From the NCBI RefSeq assembly GCF_009914755.1, contig NC_060939.1: DNA of 64,000 nt. One strand, given 5' to 3'. Source of the DNA: the human T2T-CHM13v2.0 reference genome, Homo sapiens. This document shows, piece after piece, positions 33,402-53,447 of this stretch. The notes under the pieces were generated by a model. That model was not told the origin of the DNA, searched no databases, and worked only from the letters and a program-made list of their open reading frames with translations. The first letter of the stretch is position 1. Each line of letters opens with the position of its first letter. Made by a program: the position numbers and the translations under genes.

Positions 33402-36400
33402 CAGAGTTGCCATGTGGTCAAACTGCCATAGACTGTCCCATCCAAGCTGAACAAGTAGCTCTCCTAGGAGGGGTAAAAAACAAACAACGATCTGCTCAGC
33501 ACAGCGAGCAACTTCCTCACCAGGTGGGAAAATCTGGACCTGCCTCATAATGATTTTCTGTCATGCCCCACATAAGCAAATGCTGCACTAAATATACATC
33601 CCAAATACATTCTATCAGGGAGCTGGAGCAACACCAGTATTTATGCTCAGGCTAATGTTCTATTACAGGGATTATACTCAACTGAAATAAAATGAATATT
33701 CTCTAGCACAACCCAATTGTTCTTTATACAGTTTTTAATGAGATTCCGCCCAGTGTCACAGCAGTACTTATGTAATTACTCTATATAACTCTGCCAGCAA
33801 GAAGGGAATGAAATCTCCTTATCAGGGTATTGCAAACCAATAACACCTCAGCAGCCAGTCTCTTTCCATGCGCTGCTGCATTTTGGATAGTCTGGGAGCA
33901 CGGCCATCATGCAGAGGGAACGCTTGGGTGACCAAGGCTTCAGCACTGCAGACTCGCTTCCAGGAATGAACACTGCACTTTCTTGAGATTTCCCAAGAAA
34001 ACATATGAAAAGAAAGCGAGCCTGCAGCTTCTGAGCTGTGTCCTCTTCAATTGGGATGTTCAAAGGGGCATGTGTGGCCAGTATGCAGCCATGCGGTCAG
34101 CACGCAGCTTTTGTCAGAGGCTGCTGAAGGCAGCTTTGCTGGAACTCTGGAATAATCCACCCAGGAAGGGAAGTGAATGGGAGAAGAGGCAGATGCAGAT
34201 GAAAAATTATTTGTTTGGCTCCTTGAGGAAAACTGTAAGTCAGCAGAAAGCAGAATTGAGAAAAAAAGTGCAGCTGAGAAAGAGGCTAATCTGGTCCTGA
34301 GAAATTATCTAAATTAGGAAGATAGCCTCTGCCATCCACTGCTGAAGAACCCCAGAAGCCAGGGGCTAGACCTCGAGCAGTTCCACTAAGGCTTTGTCCT
34401 GTGGTCCTAAGAATGACTTTTTCTCTACTGGTAATTCCGCTTTAGATGTGATAGGAGCCTTGAGCTGCCCCAGGGGCTATGAAATCCAAGAGCACAGCAC
34501 AGGGACTTCCCCTCTACCCCAATGTCCAGTGAAGGAATTCAGTCAGAAGGACTTAGCAGCATAGTCTTGGTATCTGCTAAAGAGTTCTCAGGGCTTTCCC
34601 AGGGGAGCAAAACTGCACAGATTCTGCAAGGTAAAACATGGAGGAAGGACAGGACCATTGCATCACAAAGTCCTTGCTGGCTGCTTTCTGGGATTTTCTC
34701 TGGTAGCATCCCCATCCCTCAAGCATGGCTCAATCCTTGGTGGTGGAGATGGGTGGGAGAGGGAGCAGAATTAGGAAGCAAGCATCACTCCTACTCCACA
34801 ACCAAAAGAAAATCAGCAATGAGAAGAAGGCTTGGTCAGATAGCAACAGGAAAACATAAATGAAGAATCACTACTGTTATGGCCTACATTGTAGACATTG
34901 TTCTTTACAGTCAGACCATATCGCTCACTAAGCCTTGTTGCAGAACTAGGAGAACTATGGTAGATCCTTCTTTGATCTTTACCACAGCTATCCCTCACAA
35001 CCACTTCCCTCACAACAATAAAAACCTCACACCTTAGCTATAATTTACACTCCTGTGCCAACAGAGAGTGATAACAGGTTTCCACAAGGTACTTGTCATC
35101 TGTTACCTCCATGGGTGGTATTATTTGCACTTAATTGTGTTAATAGTTAAGACTCTAGTAATAAAAATAACCTTCAAAAGGTATTCTCAGCTATGATGTG
35201 ACTTTACAGCCTTAGACACAAAATTCATGGAGACCAGTAGGATGGGTATTCTTCCTACTTTATAAATGAAGAAAAAATAACTCACAGATGTTAAATGACT
35301 GCCTGAAGTTTATGGCACAGTTTAAACTGGTTCCCAGGTTTCTTGATCCTTACCCAAGTCCTCATTCTATGAAAAAGTTCTGTGCTACCTGGGTAGAATG
35401 ATCATTACAAGAGAAATCTGCCAGAGCTGAGCTGCACGTGAGGGAAAGCAAGCTACCTGGCCAAGCCCTGTCGATGCCCAGATTCAATTAAATATCATCA
35501 GGAAAGGGCTATTCAGTTTGTGCATTTCTCATCTCTTCTGCTCTCACGCTTTCCCTGGGGGCTGGCACAGAACTGCACAGACTGTGATTCAGGACGTTCT
35601 TCTGGGCCAGAGATGCTTCTGCCTGTTTGCTTACCCAGGAGACGAAGGCCTGCTGGAGGGCTGAGACCCAAAGCAGATGGGCAAGCTCATCACTGCACTG
35701 GGTACTGTCCTGGCCCACAAAGGCACCATGTGATAGTGACTCAAAGGTTATATTTACAGACCCCAAATTATTCAGTGCCTGTATATGCTTCCCTACTTCA
35801 AATGTAGGGGATGAGTGACAGGACAAAGTGAGAGCTGGGTGGCCAAAGTAAGATGAGTAATAGTGAAGGGCAGGCATAAAGATGACTCTCACCCAACACC
35901 ATCCCAAAATGTGTAGGTGATAATGTGTGCGAGGGGAAAGGGGTTGACTCATCCTGGTTTGCCATATCTGAACAACAAGTATGACATTTTACTTAGCATT
36001 TCCATAGCATCTCTTTCTACAGAGCTTGGCGCTTGCCACATCCACCTTCTCTTGGCCTGATGAAATACCCTTGTTTAACAGGGGATCAGAGGGAGCAATC
36101 CATGCCCTTTAATAAGACTGTCCCTATCATCCTGCAAAGCCTCAGATGAAATCTACCTTACATGAGATAAGTGATATAAAGTGCTACAGTGCTTAGTACA
36201 GCACCTAGCACTCTTCGTTTAACAGCTATTTCTTGTATGTGCTAGATGATATGCTGAGCATTTTACATAGTAAATAATCAGAAAATGGAAGCTATTATAA
36301 TAATTATTATCTAAAGGGAGTATGCCTCCTGTTCCTACATGCTCCCATTGCAAATCAAGCTCCTTTTGATTGTGGAACACAGGAGAAAAAAATGTCATTT

Positions 36401-38546
36401 TACTGTTTATGTGAGTAAATTTATTTGCCTTTGATGTATCTTGCTAAAATAAAATTTGTCCTCAGCCTTAGGTACACTGTAAATGCATATGAAGTAACAA
36501 GAATTTTCTCAAAGTCTCAACTCTTTAACACGGTCTCTCCTTTGTGCACAGGGATGTAACCAAAAAGCTAAACACAGGGCACTCCTCACCCTTGGAAAGT
36601 CACTTCCCAACATGGTACCCAAAGAGACATCTTGAAAGAGACATGCACAGTTATGTGCTCCCTCTCCAGGGAACAGTCTTCTCCAGTGGATGTGAAACAG
36701 GCTGTGGCAGCTGCTTAGTATCATTAGACCAAGGGCAAGTCACCTGCTCTCTCAGGCTTAAAATAAAGTTATCATCTCAAGCCAAAAATACTCAGCATTT
36801 GGCCAATAAAAGAAAGCCAATGAAGGCCCAGTTATCACAAGGGATTTCTTATTGATGAGATTTCTACAGTGAATAACTGAAAGTGTGATTTGTATGCATG
36901 TATGGCATTATGGAGAAGTTGATGAAAGCCAACTGCTTTGTGAAAAGGGCCATTTTGTGTGTGTGTGTGTAGATCAGCAAACCATCAAACCTGAATAAGT
37001 TTGTTTTTGTTAAGCACACAATTTCTTAATACATTTCATAAGCAATCAACCTCTGAGTGAAGAACATTAGCCTCCAATAAAAGAACAAATTATTCTTCTA
37101 TATGTTCCATGTTTTCCAATGAACTGTCTCTATTCTGGTTATAATCAAGTAAAAGGCACCCACTTCAGAGATTTTTTTTTTTTTAGGGCATGGTCCTTGG
37201 CTATACAAGAGAACCAAAATGTTTTCAGAGTTTCAGATGATAACTGAGGATCCATTTGGGGTTCTGGTTTTTTGGTGGAAGTTTACCACAGGTAAGACAA
37301 AAACATAAGGCTAAGTAACTAGTACATGCAAACAAGGACCACTTATAAAATCACTCATAGCTGTACTTATTCAAGCCCTGGATAAAAAGGGAAGGCTCAT
37401 ACTCACTATTTCGACTAATAATTTGAATATGATTCTATCACACTTAGAGTAGATCCATTTCCAGCCTAATGCTTGGTTTTCTCTAATCTTGTTTATTCTT
37501 AATTGACACAATAATCTTTAGGCAGGATAAGGTATTTTCTCTCATAAATTTATAAACCTTTACAAAAGAAATTACTTTGCGGAAATTACTTCAAATGTCA
37601 AGTAAGTCAAGGAACTTAATCTTGGAATTATGTTTCTATTTTTAATGTTTTAATCCAGACACAGCTTTTTTTCCCTAAGTCTCCTCAAGTATTGAAGGTA
37701 CTAAATCAGCTCTCATACAAACAGCTCTTCAGAAGGGAAATAATTGGAATTTTCTTCCTCATTTAGTTCTTTTAAATTCAACTACTTTGAGGGAAGATAT
37801 AAAAATAAATAAATAAAATCAAATTGATTAAAATACACATGATGTGAGACGACTTTTTTTTTGCTCTAGTGTTCAACATCTTAATTAGAAACACCTGCTC
37901 AATTAAGAAAAATAGATTGAATGGAGAAATCTCAAAAAGTCATTCAGTCTATGACCCTGCTCTTGGGTCACGGGTTAACTAAAGCATCTCTAAAATGTAA
38001 TTGCCTATATTAGTGTTTCTTAATCAACTTTGCAACACTCCAAGGCATTAAACAAAATGAATTTTAAATCATTTTACTTGTTAAAGCTGCTCATATGTAC
38101 GTGTGTCCATCCAGAAAGGCTGGAAATGATGAGTTCATGAATTTCAGAAGAAGTAAAGCAAGGAGGGGATTACTGATGTTCATTGATAGCTGGCCATTGG
38201 TTAGACAACTTAATGATTGGGCCTTTTCTCTTTTGTCTCTACAAAGTTGACTGTACTGCAATCCCATTTCTTCCAATTCTATCATCTATGAAAATGAAGA
38301 TTTACCATCATCTACCTTTTATTTATTCTTTTATAGATAATATCCACAGGTAGTTAAGTCAGCCTTTTTAAAGGGAGTATCTTCCCCTATCATCCCTTTA
38401 AAAAACTGATTTATATAACGTTTTATAATTTGCAAAGTACATATTCACAAAAATCCTCAGAAATTTAAAAATTATTCTTAACCTTGTTTACAGATGTGAG
38501 AACTGAGTGAGGTCATGTGTCACCTATTAAAATATTTGTGATAATT

Positions 38547-38855
38547 TCTTTCTTTCTTTTTTTTTCTTTTTGAGTTGGAGTCTGGCTCTGTCACCCAGGC
38601 TGGAGTACAGTGGTGAGATCTTGGCTCCCTGCAACCTCTACCTCCCAAGTTCAAACAATTCTCCTGCCTTAGCCTCCCAAGTAACTGGGATTACAGGTGC
38701 CCACCACCATGCCTGACTAATTTTTTGTATTTTTAGTAGAGACAGGATTTCACCATGTTGGCCAGGCTGGTATCAAACTCCTGACCTCAAGTGATCCACC
38801 TGCTTTTGGTCTCCCAAAGTGCTGGGATTATGGGTGTGAGCCATTAAGCCCAGCC
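38547..38855 (-). mobile_element. Alu (AluSx/Sz-like)
   Basis: Reverse-complement dimer; TSD tgataatttct. Confidence 0.94.
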
Positions 38856-39774
38856 TCTGATAATTTCTAGTTAGTTAGGTGGCTAGAAAATGTTGAGCCA
38901 GGGGCTCAAGCCCAGGCTTTCAATTTCTAATCTTTGGTTCTCTCCACTGTTCTGTATTAGCCTCTCAGAAGGTATTCAGACATTTGTATTACCTGATTTA
39001 GTTTTTCTCAGTGCTTTTAAGCCATGCAGCCCCAAACTAAAGTAACACTCCAGTAATGTGCAGTGAAAGCATTATCACTTTTATTTTGAATGTTGTGCTC
39101 TTGACAGTCTTTTAAAAGAGCCTCTTTCATTGATTATTAATTCAACTACCAGTCTGCTTTTATTCTTAATCATTTTTCCTGTGTTTCCTTGTTGCTAGCA
39201 AGCAAGTCAGTATCCTTGCATACTTACTTAATTTACTCTTCCTCCTTAACACACAGACCACTTACTGAGTCTTTACTGTGGGCGAGACACTATGCTTATG
39301 TCATTTTCACATAACTCCACAAGGTATATATCATTAACCTATTTTGCAAATGAACAACCTGAGGCTCAGAAAGGTCAAGTGTGTGTAACCTATTATTTTT
39401 TTGAATATATCTAAGAGAATCTGAATTTTGTCTTTCAGGTTTTTCTTGGTCTTATTTATGATACAGTGTATACTCCCCTTTTCTTAATTAAAGAAGCACT
39501 AAATGTCATTCCAAATAATGACTCATTTGTGCATACACTAGGACCCAGAATATAAGATAAGCTGCCCATGTAGTTTCATGGCTAACACAGTGGTCAGCAC
39601 ACAGGTGCTGAATAATGTACTGAGAGCTGCTCATGCCTTTGAGGACCATGCCTTAGAGTACCATTGATGGACTGAAAATATAAGAAAAAACAATCTAGAA
39701 AGAAAAAAAAATGAAAAAGGCAAAAGACAGAAGAGAAAGAAGGGGGAGATGGTTCTGTAGCCTCTGAAGTAAAT

Positions 39775-40104
39775 TTTTGTTTTTTTGTTTTTTTGTTTTT
39801 GAAACAAGGTCTCACTCTGTCGCCCAGGAGCGCAGTGGCAACATCACAATCACGATCGTGGCTCATTGCAGCCTCTACCTCTGGGGCTCAGGTGATCTGC
39901 CCACCTCAGCCTCCTGAGTAACTGGGACTACAGGTGTGTGTCACCATGTCTGGCTATTTTTTTGTAATTTTTTTCGAGACAGGGTTTTGCCATGTTGTCC
40001 AAGTTGGTCTCGAATTCCTGGACTCAAGCAATCTGCTCACCTCCGCTGGGAGACCTTGGCCTCTCAAAGTTCTGGGGTTACAGGCGTGAGCCACCCTGCC
40101 CAGC
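39775..40104 (-). mobile_element. Alu (AluJ-like)
   Basis: Diverged reverse-complement dimer with small insertions. Confidence 0.9.
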
Positions 40105-41266
40105 TGGTAAATGCTTTTTAAAAGGAAGATTCATTGCTTTACATTCTATACTCAAGTTCTTATTAGTACTCCTATTGCTTGAGCTCCTGTTCTTTCCCGT
40201 GTGGTGGTCTCTATGGCTATGTCACAAAGGTGGTGACAGACTCCTTAGAAACAGAAACAAACAAGTATTCAACTGTGTGCATCTCTGCTGGCCATTTGTG
40301 TCATTCCAGCCCACACCTGGCATACAAACAACACTGACATCAACTCTCTTATGCATCCTCTGAAGGGAGCTGAAAAAAAGCCTTCTCAAGCCTTAACACA
40401 AAGACTAAACTTCCCTCCCCCACAGATTACTGTGCTTTCTTACAAATTCAAACAACCTCTAGTGAATAATTATTTAAGAAGTCTCTCTCCTTGGACCTCA
40501 TAGCTCACTGCCTCAATTCCTCTAAACAGAGCCATCTGTTAGCCAAGGACTCAACATCAAAACATTCTTTGATGAGTCACAATTAATGACAAGTACAATG
40601 TGAGTACTGCCAGAATGATAAATTTAACACTACTCAAATATTCATCATGGACTAAATAAAGAGCCTTTTAGGTTTCGAAGACGAAATATTTTAAGGTTTA
40701 TAAAGCTGCTTGGCTTTAAAAATAAACCAAATACAGTCCTGGTAGTTCCCAAGAAATCAAATGGATCTGAGGTAGTGTTAGCAAAGCTGACATTATGCGC
40801 CTGAAAATAATCATAATTTAGATTTTAATAGTCGATATGAATATTTTAATAGCTGATTTAGATTTTAATAGCTGCAACTATAGAAGTCAGGTGAGCACAA
40901 TGAACTGACTGGGAGATGAGACACAAGAACTCTGACTCTAGCTGGGACACCAACTACTTTACATCCCTAGACCAGATGATTACCAAAGTCCCTTCCAGGG
41001 CTAATACTCCATCACTCTGTGAATATATGATTTAGAAACATGCCTACCTTTTGGATTCAAAGAGGACTCCACTGACAATATTTTTTGTGTTAAGATTACT
41101 GACATCTGAGATTTTTTTTTCCTAGACATTTTTGCTTGTTAAAAGACTAGCAAATTCAATGAGTGAATTTGGTCAATATTTCTTTTCCCTTTTAACGGGC
41201 CTATTGCTCATTGATACTACTGAAAGGGCAAGTTATTTGCATCCACACGCTAAATTTTCTCAGTAA

Positions 41267-42040
<774 letters not shown>

Positions 42041-42251
42041 CTAAAATGATTATTTTTTAAAAATGAGATCCATATAATGAAAACCAACAGTTCTCCTTAG
42101 GTCTGTTTCGCAATCAGTAAAAGATAAATAAGAAATAGCTCAGCAATAATGAGCAGTAGAAAAACAAATGTAATTTAAAATCTGAGTCCCATTTTATGGC
42201 TTAAAGCTGAGTAGCAAAAGTAGACAAATTGAAGTCTAATCTTGTATTTGA

Positions 42252-45465
<3,214 letters not shown>

Positions 45466-45742
45466 AAAAGCATTTGTGAATGCAACTTTTGTTATAATCA
45501 TAGATTAAGGTGATGATTCACTGGGTATAGATCAACTTTAAAAAGACCAATCACAAGGGATTTAAGAAATGGCACACTAGTGGGTCAGACTCAATCAAAA
45601 GTCCTTATAAATATAATAATTCAGTGATGCCTTTTTCCGTGTTCATTTCTGTGATAACTAATCCTTTTGTGGCTATTTTCCTGAACTTTTTTTCTTTTTT
45701 CAAGCATGAAAACAACATAGCATTAAATATTGAAATAAGTGA

Positions 45743-45890
45743 GGCCAGGCACAGTGGGTCATGCCTGTAATCCCAGCCCTTTGAGCCATGATTGTGCCAC
45801 TGCACTCCAGCCTGGGCAACAGAGTGAGACCCTGTTTCAAACAAACAAACAAACAAACAAAAAAAAAAACAAAAGAAAAGAAAAAGAAAA
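45743..45890 (+). mobile_element. Alu with a very large internal deletion
   Basis: ggccaggcacagtgg...tcccagccctttgagccatgattgtgccactgcactccagcc: first ~40 nt joined to last ~60 nt, then an (AAAC)n tail. Confidence 0.88.
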
Positions 45891-46934
45891 ATGAGTGCTC
45901 ATAATGACAGAATCCTGATGTAACAAGGCTTTTTTTTAATTTTGGCATATTAGATTTTGGCCTCTTTCACATGTTAATGCTTTTTCTTATGTGTAAGCAT
46001 GCACATATTCAGAATCCTGCCCTCAATGGAGAAAAGATATTACCTAAAAGCCAATTCCAGATGATGACAATTTTCTTGTGACCTTGCATTCTGCCTAGTC
46101 TTATATTCTCAAGTATTGACAACATTGTGATTTATGACTGAAGTCCTTCCATACCATTGCTTTGGGTCTTGTCTAGAAGAGGCAACCTTGGATTACTAAA
46201 TAAATGAAAACACAATGACTTATAGCCCACAGTTCAGAAGACTCGGAGTTGGCAAACTTACCATGACTGTAGGCAAAAGACTGCAGGAGAACTAAGTATA
46301 ATTAGGGTTGCTGTGAAATAAAGGGCAAGCAAAGAAAGAGGATATGACTGAGCTATGGTTTGGATTGAAGGGAAGTCTCCAAAAAAGTATACTGAGGGAA
46401 CTCACCTAGTATGGAAAAGGATAGAGCATGGCCTGGGGACTCAGTACTTTTTAAATTGACAGGGATTCCAGCGATATTTAGCTTATAACCCTTATTAATG
46501 AAAGATGCACAAAAGCAAATACAGAGTACAGAGGCAGGGCTTGAAGGAACGGGCAGAGACTTTTCCTGATTCTTCTCTATATTTACTGCATTCTATCTCC
46601 TGAGAGTTAAAAACAACTATGATCATTCACTTTGATGACCTGTCAAAACCATCTGATGTGCACTAGGATGATATCTGCCTTTTACTGATGACGTGTCAGG
46701 GACTGTACATACACTGCGCCTAACTTTGCAAAGCAAGTCTTATTACTGTATTTCTAGTTTATGATTGAAGAAGCTAAGAAATAAAGAGGTCAAGTAAATT
46801 ACCAGGATTTCACATAGCTAATGTGTCTAGGTTGGGATTTGAATCCAGGTATGTGTAACAAGTAAGACTGCACCTAATTTCCCACCATGCCACCCTCTAA
46901 AAGATGCCATGCAAAATTAATCTTTTAAAAAGTC

Positions 46935-47336
<402 letters not shown>

Positions 47337-47447
47337 TAATATTTTTCCACAAATGTTAATGAAAGTGCCTGCTGCATGCAAAGCACTGGACCTTGAGGCA
47401 GGAAGATATAAAAGTCACAATTCTTGCCTTTTAAGAGTTTATCATCT

Positions 47448-47754
47448 GGGCTGGGTGCGGTGACTTACGCCTGTCACCCCAGCACTTTGGGAGGCTGAGG
47501 TGGGCAGATCACTTGTCAGGAGTTCGAGACCAGCCTGACCAACGTGGTGAAACCGCATCTCTAATAAAAATACAAAAGTTAGCCGGGGCGTGGTGGTGCA
47601 TGCCTGTAGTCCCAGCTACTTGGGAGGCTGAGGTGGGAGAATCACTTGAACCCAGGAGGCGAAGGTTGCAGTGAGAGGAGATCTCATGCCGTTGCAGTCC
47701 AGCCTGGGAGACAGAGTGAGACCCTGTCTCTAAAAAAACAAAACAAACAAACAA
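47448..47754 (+). mobile_element. Alu inserted in an antisense L2 (~47330-48300)
   Basis: Dimer; TSD agttta(t/c)catct. Confidence 0.93.
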
Positions 47755-48540
47755 AGTTTACCATCTAACTGGGCAGGATAGGAAAAAAGTAACAATAGGG
47801 ATAATTAACTGCTTAAAACAAGAATAAACATAATATTACAAAGGAATACATGATTAATTGCCAAACCAATCATATTTAAGACTAAGAAAAGGGAGAGATT
47901 ACATGGTCTGGAAGGGTTTAGGAAGACTCCATAGAAGAGAAGGAGGGATGAGGCTGATTTTTAGGGATTGATAGAATCTAGACAGGGAGAAAAGTAGTAC
48001 TGGATTCCAAGAGGAGAAATGGGGAACAAAAACACCAGAAAGAAAGCCTTTTGCTCAGAGCCAAAGGTTTAGAACATGAATGGTTGTGAGGTAGCTGGAA
48101 AGGCAGGTTAGAGACCAAGCACTGGAGACTTTGAAGGGTAGGTTAAGTAAATTAGATTTAATTCCTTGGGCAATGGTGATTCAGAAATGTTTCTGAGCAA
48201 GGGAGTCACATGATCCAAGTGGTGTTCTAGGATGATTTTTCCAGCAGTAGGTTGCAGAAAGTTTACAGAGGGGCAGGAAGAACAGTTAGGAGTTGCCTAT
48301 AGGAGCATCCCAGAAACAGAGAAACAGAAGCAGAGAGAAAGAAAAGGAAGATATTTCAGTTTCATTCTGATGCTATAGATTTAGAAAGACATGGACTTGC
48401 TTCTGGCTGGAGCTGGTTTAATTAAATGTAAATTTGGAAAATAAAGCACAAATAACTTTGGATAGATGCATAGTTCAATTAAAAATTATTTGGATTTACA
48501 GTTTTGTGTCATTTTACAGATTATACAGCACTTTCAGAAA

Positions 48541-48887
<347 letters not shown>

Positions 48888-49082
48888 CACTTTCAGAAAT
48901 ATTAATTCATTTATCTGCATAACATCCTATAAGGTAAAGTTTGGCATTATTTCCATTTTTCAAATGTTGAAACTGAGGTTTAAAGACCTGTGGTAACTAA
49001 CACGAGGCTGCACTGTTAGTACATTTTAAGATTGAGACCTGTATATAATGGGCTTCTGATTCTATATTTCATGCATTTCCTA

Positions 49083-49367
49083 TTTTTTTTTGGTCTGAGT
49101 AATATCTTTAAATTTTTTTTTAAATTTTACTTTAAGTTCTGGAATACATGTGCAGAATGTGCAGGTTATATAGGTATACATGTGTCATGATGGTTTGCTG
49201 CACCTATCAACCCATCATCTAGATTTTAAGCCCCACATGTATTAGGTATTTGTCCTAATGCTCTCCCTCCCCTTGCCCCCAACCCCTCGACAGGCCCTGG
49301 TGTGTGATGTTCCCCTCCCTGTGTCCATGTGTTTTCATTGTTCAACTCCCACTTATGAGTGAGAACA
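49083..49367 (-). mobile_element. Very short 5'-truncated L1PA (PA7/8-like) 3' UTR insertion within a MIR
   Basis: ttttactttaagttctggaatacatgtgcag...cccacttatgagtgagaac; TSD atgcatttcctattt (49071-49085, 49368-49382). Confidence 0.92.
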
Positions 49368-50426
49368 ATGCATTTCCTATTTACCACACTGATCTGAAAA
49401 AAAAAAAAAGGAAGATTTTTTTCCATTTTAGGAAATCATCATTTTTAGTTTTTTCATGGAATATTTTAAACATACACAAAAGTGTATGAACTCCCACATA
49501 CTTATCATCCAGCTTCAACAATGATAAACTCACAACTAATCTTATCTTTATCTCATCTGTACCCCAACCGCCCCCAATTACTTGACGCAAATCCCCCACA
49601 TCATGTCATAATCCTTTTAAATAGAAGGCCTAGGTGATATTTTTAAGAAGAATTCAAAATTGGTTGTATTCCTTGCCAATGGAGTATTTCCTATCTTTAG
49701 CTTCAATTGAAAAGCTGAGGTAGATGTATGCTGTCCTGCAGAGCATTCCTATTCGTACCAAGATGTGAGAAGTTGAAGAGCAAAATAATTGACCCTTTTT
49801 CTCAGAAGAATTTCCTGGGAATTTCATTTTTTTCAAGCTACCTCTGAAATGAAAAGTGAAATATATTTCTTTTGTTCTCCTGACTCCTATTCTGTGTGTT
49901 TCTTTTTTCCAAGCTGGAAAGATGACAGTCATTAATTGTACATAAGGTGCTTGCAGCTTTCCTAAAGGTGGTTTAAATAGAATGCCTTGTATCTATCTAC
50001 TTTATTCTACTATGTATGAACGTGTATGGAATATATGCCGGGTGTTTTATTGGCTAGTCTAAAGGAAATTGTTTTTCTTTCTGTAATTTGAGGGAAAAAC
50101 ACATTCCTATGTTTAACAAGCTTTTCCTTCATTGCAAAATGACTGCTTTTGCTAAGGACACTATCATTTCACAATCATTTATTCTCACATTGCTTAGGGA
50201 AAAAAATACCTAGAATTTTAAAGTTAGTAACGGAAAGACACTGAAAAAAATCTTTATTTTCACAAAAATCCTATGTTGTTATTTTATTCTGAATTTCTGC
50301 CTAATTCATAGACTATGTTTCCTAGAGTTGGACAGGACTATGGGTGAATGTAGACTGATTATATCTAGAGGCCTTAATACTGATTTAGAGGTAAGAAAAT
50401 AGTTTGTTACTGGCATCCCAAAATGA

Positions 50427-50742
<316 letters not shown>

Positions 50743-51825
50743 ATCTTTATTCTTCAATCATTGAGAATTTTACAGCCATGCACATTCATTCATTCATTCG
50801 GTCATTTATTTAACAGATATTTACTCAACACCTACCATGCCCAGTTCTATGTGTGCTTCTGAGCATATAATAATGAATAAGAGAGATATGGTCCCTCTCC
50901 CATGGGTGGAACTTCTTCATATAAATTGGTGGAATTTCTATATATAAATATTGCAATCTTTTGATTCCCAAAAATTGTCACATACACTCAAAAAGACTGG
51001 AAGTTCTTATAAAGGACTCCTTTTAAACATCTTAGCCAATAAATAACAGCCCTGAGAGGACTGTACATTTCCTATAACCAAATCCATAAGACTTGCCAGA
51101 CAGAACATACGCCTTTGAGGGCCTATACTAGTTAACTGGATAGTTTCCTTGTTAAGAAGAGATGAATGATACTATTCCTCTATCCTAAGATTTTCTGGAG
51201 GTAAGAACTATACTGGTTATAAATGTACTTTTATTGGAGTTACGGAATTTTATTTCTTCTGTGTTCTGGTATAAGCATCCTCTTCTCTCAGCACCCTGCC
51301 TCTCATTATGAAACCTGCCAACTGGCCACACAGAAAGTCAGCCATGAGAGTGTTCTGGCTGAGACACAAACTGCATTTGACAAAATGCAAATCACAAAAG
51401 GGAGGATAGAAGAAAAAGTGGGAACTGGATTTTGTGCTTAATTTTCTTCAACTACTATATTGTAATGTGATTGATGAACTAGATGGAGTTCTAAAATTAA
51501 AACTAGAACCAGGTGGAAGTTTCTTTTAAGATAAATCTCTATTCTCAGAAACATCAGAAGACAACCCAGGCTGCTGGCCTGACACTCATGGCCTAGCTAC
51601 TGCCAGCATTTCTTGACAATTTACTCTTGTTAACTGCTCTGCACTTCTATTCTTTGTCTTTGAAATGTTCCTCTCCCAGCATTCTTTGGATTGGAGGCAG
51701 AAAAGGCTTAGAAGTTGAAAGCACTGCATCAAATGTTTTTTAGTTTATGCCCTCTCTCGCTTCAACATATATGGTATCTAGGGTAACATACTCTTCTTGG
51801 ATGTAGCATTTTACCCCATTATTTC

Positions 51826-52108
51826 TTTGTTGCTGTTGTCGTTGTTGAGACAGTCTCGCTCTGTCACCCAGGCTGGAGTGCAGTGGTATGATCTTGGCTC
51901 ACTGCAACCTCCACCTCCTGCCTCAGCCTCCTGAGGAGCTGGGATTACAGGTGTGTGACAGACACCACACTTGGCTAATTCTTTTGTACTTTTAGTAGAG
52001 GCAGGGTTTCGCCATGTTGGCCAGGCTGATCTCAAAGTCCTGCCCTCGAGTGATATGCCTTGGCCTCCCAAAGTGCTGGGATTACAGGCGTGAGCCACCG
52101 TACCTGCC
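51826..52108 (-). mobile_element. Alu with internal deletions and a (GTT)n tail
   Basis: ttgttgctgttgtcgttgttgagacagtctcgctctgtc... Confidence 0.9.
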
Positions 52109-52325
52109 ATACCCCATCTATTTCTGAAGTTCATTTCCAAGAGCATTTCTTAGGTAAATGAGACGTCTTTTTCTCCAGCAGAATTTAATTGCACTCTGTT
52201 TGGGTAGCATATTATAGTAATATGATAAAAGAAATGAGAATGTAAAAGATGAAAATTTCATTGGTGAGTAAGCTGATGACAAGGTGGGAGGAAAAAATTC
52301 AGGCCCTTTAGAAATTTGAATTCTT

Positions 52326-52667
<342 letters not shown>

Positions 52668-52773
52668 TCATTTTAAAATATTTGTTTTCTGTTATAAAAA
52701 TAATACTATCCATAAACCTGTCCCTCAGAGAGTACATCTGCTACTATTTTTTCTTTTGTTCAAAAAAATTTCT

Positions 52774-53001
52774 GCCTGGTGCGGTGGCTCACCAGCACTT
52801 TGGGAGGCCAAGAGGGCGGATCACGAGGTCAGGAGTTCAAGACCAGCCTGATCAAGATGGCGAAACCCCATCTCTACTAAAAATACAAAAGTTAGCCAGG
52901 CATGGTGGCACGCATCTGTAATCCCAGCTACTCAGGAGGCTGATGCAGGAGAATCACTTGAACCCAGGAGGTGGAGGTTGCATCTAAAAAAAAAAAAAAA
53001 A
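52774..53001 (+). mobile_element. Alu (Sg-like) lacking the ~60 nt before the tail
   Basis: ...ggaggttgcatct followed directly by poly(A). Confidence 0.9.
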
Positions 53002-53024
53002 GAGTTTCTATGCAATAGGGTTGA

Positions 53025-53447
<423 letters not shown>

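Noticed and set aside
33110-33550. ORFs with CVCVCV/THTHTH runs
   Set aside because: Translation of the TG microsatellite.
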